Source: Eledone cirrhosa (taxonomy: Eukaryota). Taken from it: a stretch of DNA of 64,000 bases. The notes beneath the pieces were generated by a model. That model was not told the DNA's origin, made no database searches, and saw nothing but the letters and a program-made list of their open reading frames with translations. Below are positions 54,157 through 64,000 of the stretch, in pieces (the stretch's first letter is position 1; each line of letters begins with the position of its first letter). The stretch is from contig OZ024743.1 of NCBI GenBank assembly GCA_964016885.1, forward strand, positions 340,876,001-340,940,000, written 5' to 3'. Both the position numbers and the translations under genes were made by a program.

Positions 54157-56309
54157 AACCAGTAAGACCCCGACAGCTGAGCTCAAGCCGTTTCGACGGC
54201 TAATTCTGGACTAAATGAAAATTTATCCTGGTATTTAAATAGCCGATCTTCTCAAGGGGTAATTCCATATATGGTCAAAGTGATTGTCAAAAATCAGTAG
54301 TAATTCTGTGGTTGCAAATTAGTAGGGGAGATGGTGGCTAAACCTGCCAGTAAGAGAAAGAGGGGAGGGGGTGGAGTAGCCCCAATCAAGCGTTTGTAGT
54401 GCCAGCTACAGCTGGGCATGAGGTCAAAGAAGATACAGGGGGAGGGGGAGGAAGTCGGAACGGTAGGTAGAACAATGGGGGGTAGAAATAATACTGAGAG
54501 TGAAGAAAAGCAAATAAGTGTAAAGAAAAACAAATGAGTGTAAAGAAAAAAGTAAAGTAAATTAAATTCTACGACCTAGGTCTCTAGCTATTGTTAGTCT
54601 AGAAAAAATAAATAAATAAAGAAAGAAAGAAGTAAAGAAAGAAATAAAGAAATAACGAAATAAGTAAAAGAACTAGGTGGGACGGATTAGGCGAGGACCC
54701 TTTTAAGTGGTATAAGTACGTAAATGATACGGTGACGGGTCAACAAAAGGGGCCAAAATACTAAAGAGACTACCACGAAATAAACAATAAAGGTTTCCAT
54801 CCCGGGCACAATTCCGGCAACCACCCAGTGCAGCAAAGTGAACTAATACGAGATAATAATTCTGAGTCCCGAGAAAAATATATACTAATGCTAACTCTAA
54901 AAGATCTAAAACAAGCTACATGAAAGTTCGTACGAAGTAAAAGTAGAATACGGAAGAATACATTCAGAATCCACTCCGCCCAAAAGAAAAGCGAAGAAAG
55001 AAATACTGAAACGAAAAAATAAGGCATAAGTGCCACTAAGAAATATAGAGGGCACAGAGAGTAGTGGGAGCGGTCGGAAAAAGGGGACAAGTATCCGGGG
55101 TCTAAACCAACTGCTATAAAGGGCGGAGTCCGCCAAATCTATCCTAGACTAGGGGAGGGGGTGGGGGTACTAAGGCTACAAGGGGCCAAAGGGCAGCCTC
55201 GGGTGGGCGAGAAAAGACGCCGACAAAGGAGAAGAGCTGGGGTAGAAGGACTAAGGAGAGAGGGGGGGAAGGAAGGAAATAAAGGAAGCGATAAAAGAAT
55301 ACAAAGAAGATCTTACGTCTCCCTTGGCAAGCAGGGGTTACCCATTGCAAAATCGGCAAGTGGGGTGTTATAGCCCTAGTCTACCCCCCCAGGTCATTTT
55401 GGGGTTTGAGGGCGAGGTAAGTCCTACGCAATCTATGTTTACATGCAGTAACCAGTTCATCTTTCTTGTTTTAGATCTTTTAGAGTTAGCATTAGTATAT
55501 ATTTTTCTCGGGACTCAGAATTATTATCTCGTACTAGTTCACTTTGCTGCACTGGGTGGTTGCCGGAATTGTGCCCGGGATGGAAACCTTTATTGTTTAT
55601 TTCGTGGTAGTCTCTTTAGTATTTTGGCCCCTTTTGTTGACCCGTCACCGTATCATTTACGTACTTATACCTCTTAAAAGGGTCCTCGCCTAATCCGTCC
55701 CACCTAGTTCTTTTACTTATTTCGTTATTTCTTTATTTCTTTCTTTACTTCTTTCTTTCTTTCTTTATTTATTTTTTCTAGACTAACAATAGCTAGAGAC
55801 CTAGGTCGTAGAATTTAATTTACTTTACTTTTTTCTTTACACTCATTTGTTTTTCTTTACACTTATTTGCTTTTCTTCACTCTCAGTATTATTTCTACCC
55901 CCCATTGTTCTACCTACCGTTCCGACTTCCTCCCCCCTCCCCCTCCCCTGTATCTTCTTTGACCTCATGCCCAGCTGTAGCTGGCACTACAAACGCTTGA
56001 TTGGGGCTACTCCACCCCTCCCCACTTTCTCCTACTGGCAGGTTTAGCCACCATCTCCCCTACTAATTTGCAACCACAGAATTACTACTGATTTTTGACA
56101 ATCACTTTGACCATATATGGAATTACCCCTTGAGAAGATCGGCTATTTAAATACCAGGATAAATTTTCATTTAGTCCAGAATTAGCCGTCGAAACGGCTT
56201 GAGCTCAGCTGTCGGGGTCTTACTGGTTCCTATTACCCACTCTACTACCTCAAGTATTGAGTACTTTGGTGCGTTATGGTCCACCTGGTTCCTTACCACA
56301 TTTCCTTCG

Positions 56310-56310
<1 letters not shown>
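54153..56310. mobile_element. Young, long family A insertion: head-to-head inverted repeat (~760 bp arms) with one HHR per arm, inserted in (TA)n
   Basis: 54153-54915 is the near-perfect reverse complement of 55465-56232, with a ~550 bp spacer. The right arm has a ~78 bp extra tail ending ttccttcgt|tatata. No credible ORF. Confidence 0.92.
56125..56218 (+). ncRNA. Type I hammerhead ribozyme, U3-A8 variant (mirror copy 54167-54260 on minus strand)
   Basis: ACCCC UUGAGAA GAuCGGCUA...UAGCCGUC GAAA CGGCU ugagcuc AGCUG UC GGGGU. Predicted cleavage after C56213. Confidence 0.8.
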
Positions 56311-56359
<49 letters not shown>

Positions 56360-56361
<2 letters not shown>

Positions 56362-56557
56362 CAAAGAGGATGAGGTAAGATGCCAGGTGGACCATAACGC
56401 ACCAGAGTGCTCGATACTTGGGGTAGTAGAGTGCGTAATATGAAAAGATTCAGGACCCCGACGGCTGAGCTCCGGTTCTTTCGACAGCTAGATTCGAGTT
56501 TGGATCTAGCTGTCGAAACGGCCGGACCTCAGCCGTCAGGGTCCTGAATCTTTTCAT
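56360..56557 (-). mobile_element. Family A subfamily terminus with fold-back; related to 42570-42623 and, more distantly, 61833-61905
   Basis: tata|acaaagaggatgaggtaag..ccaggtggaccataacgcaccagag...tgaaaagattcaggaccc.gacggctgag / ctcagccgtc.gggtcctgaatcttttca|tata. Confidence 0.8.
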
Positions 56558-57092
56558 ATATATATATATAAGTTCATACAAGTTGAGAAAACCACTATAC
56601 GTTTGGCAAAGTGAGGCTTAAACTCAATGCGAGTTGATAATCAGGAGGTGAGGATGGTATAAAGCATCTGGAGTTAATCCAAGGTTTACGGTCCACTCAC
56701 TGCATGGATAAGTTATTCACAGAGCATATGTATAACATAAAAAAAACTAAAGCTGTTAATTGTACATTTAATTAACCGACATATATTTAGCCAGGCTACA
56801 CATGAACAGGCAGTATATTCTCATTGAAATCCAGCTCATCAGGATCTATAAAAAATATACTTATATTAACATTAACAAGAGCTCCGTTGTGCATGATGAA
56901 CTAGCAACAATCTAATGTTAAAAGGGAAATAACCACGCTTAGAGTCTAATTAGGGGTTGTAATCAAATAGATTACGGTGACCCCCCCCCCCCCTAAAAAA
57001 ATAATAGTAATAATAAAGATAAAAATATAACGAAAAGATGAGCTTTAGATAAAAAATATAGATTATTACTGAAGAAGCAAAAATGTTTATAT

Positions 57093-57134
<42 letters not shown>

Positions 57135-57137
<3 letters not shown>

Positions 57138-57600
57138 TGTATGTATAGTATATTTGGCAATATACCGTATGTTTAATTAAAATCATTTAGAAGACCATAC
57201 GCTATCAGTTTAGAGAAGGGAGAGACGCTGACAGTCTGTTTCACGCTTGTTGGCGTTTATCAGAACCACGTACTCCCCTGCTTTCACCGAAAATTATAGA
57301 AGCTGGATTCTTATAGAATTCCAGTAATAATCAGGAGCTGATTATACAGAGCCGGTCCAGCAAAAATTAGGTATTAGGATTGGTGCTCTGAAGTTGCGAT
57401 GTGTACATGAATATATGTATAGTATATTTGGCAATATACCGTATGTTCAATTTAACACATTTAGAAGACCATACGCTATCAGTTTAATGTAGACAATATG
57501 TCACTTACTTCTTTTCGGCGAAAGAAGGGAGAGAAGCTGACAGTCTGTTTCACGCTGGTTGGCGTTCATCTACGTCCCTTTTCGCCAACCAGCGTATTTT
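57135..57600 (-). mobile_element. Tandem direct repeats each with an HHR motif (57227-57266, 57536-57570)
   Basis: 57135-57260 repeats at 57413-57570. Minus-strand consensus guu CUGAUGA ACGC caacca GCGU GAAA CAG a CUG UC agc. Each copy has a different lesion. Confidence 0.7.
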
Positions 57601-59428
57601 CTTTCTTTCGAACTGGTAGAGATTTGGTTGCTTCTTTGTTTATACTGAACTCATATTTATTGATATATTTCATTGAAGTAAATGCTTAAGCTCAGATCAA
57701 CCCCGATTAAGTAGACCTAAGCTAGAATGTGTTGTTGACTAGGTTATCACTTCTTTTTGTCTCATTATTCAATGTGATCTTCGTTTCAGTCAGTTTCATG
57801 TAAATTAACGATTGCGCTGATATTTCTTGCAGATCGCAGCAATACGTATATGCTGCCATATTTATTTCTGTATATTTGTAATGTAATTTCTAGAGTAATT
57901 CAATTTTGTAATTGCAACGTGTCTAAAGATTCGGCAATAATATTGTGCTTCGATTAATCCTTTAAGTGAACCATGCCTAATCTATACACAACTAGATTGA
58001 TTGCACCATGGCGAGTTAAATTACGGATCAATCTTAGATATTCGTCTGATATTCATTAATTAACGCGAATGTTAAGATGGAATAGATTGTCAGAATAAGT
58101 AAAGCAACAGTTAAAATGCTTTACGCTATCTAATGGCGTTCTTTTTCACTTTTCACTGTTCAAAGAATTCTACTTTGCCGTTCAACCTTCCGGTGGTTGA
58201 TGAAGCAGGTACTGCAATGGATCTAACCGACTATTGCATCTACAGAAAATGTGTAATCTTTTATCTATGTTAGATCCATTGTAAAATACGAGTCTGGCAA
58301 ATTAGCCAAGTCCTTGGTGTGTTAAAGTAAATGCTTTCTGGTATTTATTCTGCCTGATACGTTCTGAAGTTCAACTCCCGCTAAGGACAACTTAGCTTTT
58401 CGTTAACCCGGGGTCGATATAATCGACTTTCTACTCCCCCTCAAATTACTGGCCTAATGCTTATTAAACGCAAATCAAGAGCGTCAGATTTGTAGAACTG
58501 TTAGAGCGTCGGACAAAATGATATGTGGTCTTTCAGTTCAACACGTGTTTTTCATAACTGCATCTTCACCAGCTTAGTGCTAGTAGGCTTCCCTGCTCCC
58601 AGTGGCTAATTGCGGAGTGTTCCTATTGTCTGGCTAAGGGAGCAGCTGCAGATCGCTGAATTAGTTCAATTCTTTCGCTCCGAAAATATCGTATCTCCTT
58701 AAATGTAAATGTCTAGTTACGGGTTCGATCCCACATTTCACTACCTTGCAAGTGTCTTCTAATTTAGCCTTATGCTAAATAATGCTACATGAATGAAAGT
58801 TTTATGATAGAAACTGTATAAAGCGTTATATATATATATATATATGTGTGTGTTTGTGTGTGTGTGTGTATGTGTGTGTGTGTGTGCATGTGAGTGTGAG
58901 TGTGTGTTTGCCTGTGAATGTATAAATGTATATGTGTGAGTCTACGTGGTCTTTTGTCTATATATGAGCCTGTGAGTGTATTTATATGCATATTTATTTA
59001 TATATTCATAACATACACGTACACACACACACACATATATCTATATGTATATATATATATATATATAGCAGCTTGAAAATGCCGATCAATCAATGTTGAT
59101 CAATCACATAAAGGTAGCCTGTGGTATTTATTTCGGTCGGTTTCTAAAGACACTCCCTTGTCAATCTCCTCTTTGGAACGAAAATGTTTTGACCCAGATA
59201 TTCCTTGGTCAGAAATCTATATAGAACACGTTATAAAATGGAGTTATGAAAAGCAATAGAAGGAAAAGCCACAAATCAAACCAGCAATACAAAAGAACAA
59301 CAAAAACAACAATATAATTTTGTTGCAATTCTTTATATTCGTATGCCTTCTAAAATGTGGATACATCTAAGAATATTCCGTAGCATCGGATGATACCATG
59401 ACAGCTAAGCAAATAAAACAAATATTTC

Positions 59429-59503
<75 letters not shown>

Positions 59504-59643
59504 CATTCTTCTTCTTCTTCTTCTTCTTCTTCTTCTTCTTCGTAATCAGTCTCCTGGGCCCACCACGAGGTAGTCGACAAACAACGTCTATTATAGACGT
59601 CGACAAACTGCGTCTATTATATATTATATTATATATTGGTAAG

Positions 59644-60090
59644 GGCGGTGGATTGGCAGTATCGGTAGAGGGTCGGACGCCATGCTTTGACACATAGAGG
59701 TACGGTCCTTTATGATTTGTGTTCAAATCCCGCCGAGGTTAACTTTGCCTTTCATCCTTACTGGGTCGATAAAATAAAGCACCAGTAACGTACAGGGGTC
59801 AATTTAATCGATTTTTCCCTCCCCCCCCAAATTACTGGCCTCGTGCCTATACTAGAAATCATTATATTATATTATACTATAATGATTATTGTATAGGCAC
59901 ATTATACTATTATGGCGGTGGATTGGCAGTATCGGTAGAGGGTCGGACGCCATGCTTTGCAGCATAGAGTTACGGCCCTTGCCATTCTGAGTTCAAATTC
60001 CGCCGATGTTAACTTTGCCTTTCATCCTTACGGCGTCGATAAAATAAAGTACCACTGGGTAATTTCTGGCCTTGTGCCAAAAGTAGAAAC
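59644..60090 (+). mobile_element. Two family-1 SINEs (59644-59862, 59913-60090)
   Basis: Full head ggcggtggattggcagtatcggtagagggtcggacgccatgc, B-box and core. (ATATT)n-like tails. Confidence 0.9.
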
Positions 60091-60149
60091 TTTTATATTA
60101 TATTATACTATATTATATCATGCTATATTATATTATATTATATTATATT

Positions 60150-61090
60150 ATGGAAAGTTCAGGAGTTCAAAGTGCTTTAAGATCAGAAATATAATCGGGG
60201 ACACACTCAGGCTAATAGGGAAGGACTGGACCTAACAAAAATTGAACGGTGGTCCGAGGCCAGGGGAAAGAGGAGGAGAAATCTGATTTTACAGAAGGTG
60301 GAGAAGGAATAGGATTCCAGAAGACTACAGAAGACAGTTCAGCAGAACCCACTGGACCAGTGGACGGCGTGGGATGGTGCACTACAGAAGTGTGTCAGTT
60401 GGAATGACTTGTGGAATATGGTGCCTCTCAGCATCAGTTTTCACCTCAAATCTGCCTATGATGTCCTGCCCTCAAACACGAATTTAGATTAGTGGGGCAA
60501 ATCAGTTCCCATTCTGCCAGGGCAGACAGACAGCATAACATGTTCTAAGTTCATGCAGAGTAGCACTAGCCCAGGGAAAATAGACGTGGAGACACAATCA
60601 AGTGCTGAAGGAGATCGTACATGTGATAAACATGGCAAAAGTAAAAACCGTAGTATGAGAATCTCCAACAATATTTTATACCCTAGGAAACAGCAAATGA
60701 TGGCCAGTAACAGCCATGCCATACAGATCACGGGAATCGAGTCATCTAGGTGATGTAGACGACTGGGAGTGTACAGCAGGCCTCCTAGGATCAGCAAAAC
60801 AAACAGAAATCATCAAAGCAGCTGATTTTGGTTGAACTTACCGAATCATTTGAATGTAATTTAGAAAAAGCACGCGTATTAAAGACCGAAAAATACGCCA
60901 GTTTGGCCAACAGCCTGGGGGAACCAATTTACGAGTCAAAGTTCTCGCCATATAATTTCAGGAAATAACTTCAGTCTCTAGGAAGACAAGGTCAAAAGCC
61001 CTTAAGTCAATATCAGAGGCAGCGGAAAGGAGTTCCAGCAGGATCTAGTCGAGGAGGAACAAAAACAACCTCCATACCTCGTGAGAGGCA
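60150..61090 (+). mobile_element. Hero/R2-group non-LTR retrotransposon 3' fragment (CCHC + RLE)
   Basis: Manual translation: QWTAWDGALQKCVSWNDLW...ISFHLKSAYDVLPS..NL..WG...PFCQGRQT..HVLSSC..AL.QG..TWRHNQVLKEI ... LVELT..FE.NLEKA...KTEKY..L. Confidence 0.8.
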
Positions 61091-61772
61091 TCGTGTTCTT
61101 ATTTGAACGCACAATAGGTGATGTAATTCTGAGTCATTCGTAGTTTGTAGTGTTGTCGACAGCATGTTGACGTCTTACCACTACCATGACTACCAACATT
61201 ATTTTGTAATTTAAGAAAGCGTTTAAATATAAGTTTGAAAGCGGAGGCAACGGGAATTAGTTACAGCTAGATTCTGTCTGCAAATTCTTCATACGGTTTA
61301 GATACACAGCAAGTCTCCGATTTCTGAATGGTTAAATGTCAGCAATAGGGCATCCAGGAGCCAGGAGTCATGACCTTGATACGACCCGGCTCCCTTAAAG
61401 TGTAAGAAGTTAAGTGTCGAATCCTTCTGCTGGCGAGCTCTCCTGAGAAATTCTTACCACTATTATATTATATTATGTTATGTTACTAGCATAATGGACA
61501 TAACAAATAAGGGCGTTGGTGATAAAATATTTCACTAATTATTCTAGATTATAAAATTCTATATCAAGACGCTTTAATCATCGATTGCTGCTTGAATTTC
61601 CTAATTTTCAATTAGACATTACACCACATCACTAGCCTTATCATCTTCAATGTGGGCTGATCAACTATATAATGAGAGGTATATTTTACGATGTATATGC
61701 AGATACACCTACGCATATATACATATATGATATATGCATAGTTTTATTGTTCTACAATATTACTCACCTCCT

Positions 61773-61834
<62 letters not shown>

Positions 61835-63354
61835 CAAAGACGGTGTGGTAAGATACCAGGAGGACTATAACACAACAGAGGACTCGATACCTAGGGTAGT
61901 AGGATCGATCGACTTTCGTCAAATCGGATCGAGGAAACAATATATGGGTGATTTTGGAAGCGTCTACAATGCAGATGGATAAATCACCGGGTAACAAAAT
62001 CAGGGGGCATAGTAGCAAGGAAGGAAATAGGAAATAGGAAAAAAGAAATGTAAAATGAAATGAAAACCAGAGTTTAAGTTACCTTGGAATAGATTTATTG
62101 GTCCCTATATTTCGGATTCCTCATCCATCATTAGGAGGGATCTGAAGGGACTCGGGAGGACTGTCCGGAAAAAAATCTACGTGTCCATGTGTTGCTAGTG
62201 TCGGTGTCAGATTGATTGAAATAAGCCAATGAATATTCCCTACCGGGCTCGTGCACGCGAAATCGGCGCTCATTCAGATGTCATTAAAGTTAATTGTCAC
62301 CACTATAGCTTCGGTTAGATGATATGGAAGGGACCGTTCTTAAGCGCAAGTATTGTCTCATTTCCTTCTGCCAGTGGCACCTTTTGATGTGGTAGGTAGG
62401 CGGGCGTAAAATTGGTGGCATTTACAGCATAGCAACAGAGCCTGTCTGTTCATTTGTTTGTATAATTTGCTCTTCTTTTATTTTCTGTGTCTGTGTCATC
62501 TATTTGTTTTCACTTCAATTTATTACAAATTTCTGGTTGGTTTGTTTAATAACCAGATGGTTCTTTATTTATGGTCAAAGCTCTTTCGTCACACATTCTG
62601 TGACCTCCTCAATATTTAATTAGTTATTTTGTGTCTCTCCTTTGATTTTTCCTACACCATCTTATTATCGAGTGTTGTAATCTTGCAAAACAAATACAAA
62701 AAGGAAATATATATATATATATAATACATCTCCACATCTCGACACACACAAAAAGTGATATGTTGTTTGCTCTCGTGATCTAAGATGTTATGCCACAAAA
62801 CAAATTTTGTTACGTACCAAAAGTCATGAAAAATACATATTAAGATATCTTATAATATTGTATTTATATTAAACTGGAAACTTACTCGGCATTGCCGGAT
62901 AAATATAACATGCATTTCATGACTAATATATTGAATGAGAAGTATGTAAATTTTATATAAATTGAATATTTCAAGTACATTATATGAACACAACAAATGA
63001 TTCTTTGTGTTAAAATGAAGATAAAAGAAAAAATAACAACTTACATGAATAATTTCAGCTGTAACATCTACGCTATGTCTCTTTAATATAATATATATGT
63101 AAAGTCTATTTCGATATACAATACAAATAATATACATAGTGGAGATGTACAACAAGTATAATCACCCTCTGGAATTGAATACTTGAAATAAATGAGGTTA
63201 TGACAAATAAGTCTAAACAAAAATGTATTATCTTTAATATTTTAGTATGTAATTTGTTCATAAAAGAGAAATTACAAGAGACAGAATAAGAAAATGAGAA
63301 CGGCGATAATAAAAAAAAAAGGAATGAATAAAAAAATAGAGATATACTATAATG

Positions 63355-63542
63355 ATTGTTTCTACTCTTGGCGCAAGGCCAGCAATTACCCAGTGTATTA
63401 CTGGTACTTTATTTTATCGACCCCGTAAGGATGAAAGGCAAAGTTAACCTAGGCGGGATTTGAACTCAGAATGGAGAGGGCCGTAACTCTTTGCGTCAAA
63501 GTATGGCGTCCGACCCTCTACGGATACTGCCAATCCACCGCC
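63355..63542 (-). mobile_element. Family-1 SINE
   Basis: Reverse complement of the full SINE consensus, ending ...ctgccaatccaccgcc. Confidence 0.9.
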
Positions 63543-64000
63543 TTGAATACAATAATAATACTATAATATACTATAATAATAGTGACGTAGGAATGATATT
63601 GAATATAACAGTATGAAAATTATAATACAACAGTTCGGGTATTACAATAAATAGAACGGGGGTAGTAACTTTCTTGAGTTGTTTGTATTAAATATATAAT
63701 TAATCAACAATAAAGTTCTTTGTAACTTTCCAATATAACTGAAATATACTCAGAATTTGTGTTGAAATGTTACTTGAAATACTACCCCTTACAACACTCT
63801 CCCTCTCGCCGCCTTTATTCGTCCCGACGTCTGTTTTCCTCCTATGTTGTTGGTTTCTGTTGAGATAAATCTAATATCCCCCCCCCCCAATTTAATTTAT
63901 AGCCTTTCGTATAATTTCTGGTCACTTTGGCCTCTTTTCGTTTTATATTTTCTCTTCTTTCTTTCTCAAAACCTCTTCCCCTATCCGCAATATATAATTA

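Noticed and set aside
55415-55475. GTAAGT...ttgttttAG mini-intron in the family A spacer
   Set aside because: Only ~57 nt, it straddles the inversion junction, and there is no second copy to support it.
62095-62460. Possible PLE 3' end with HHR-like CUAAUGA..GGAU/AUCC GAAA UA UA on the minus strand
   Set aside because: G5 is mutated and the protein similarity is too faint to call with confidence.

Overview
AT-rich, microsatellite-saturated eukaryotic DNA that is intergenic or intronic. The tRNA-derived SINEs, RTE 3' tail and repeat landscape look like an octopod cephalopod genome (inference). No intact host gene is evident, and most track ORFs are translated (TA)n/(CA)n/(GA)n tracts. The window is a mosaic of decayed mobile elements: a frameshifted Penelope-like element (PLE; RT + GIY-YIG, minus strand, ~17.0-19.1 kb), a second PLE relic, a maT/Tc1 fragment, an internally deleted mariner with ~100 bp TIRs, a MITE, two deletion derivatives of one Helitron, CR1/RTE/R4/Hero LINE fragments and about 15 SINEs. 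The most striking unexplained signal is a set of about ten non-coding repeat types that carry hammerhead-ribozyme (HHR) motifs. Many end precisely at (TA)n tracts and are very often folded back into palindromes. One HHR is textbook-canonical (41320-41401, inside a 515-nt terminally redundant unit). Two unrelated families carry the rare U3-A8 core variant (UUGANAA), which a CUGANGA search would miss. All HHR calls were folded by eye and need computational and biochemical confirmation.
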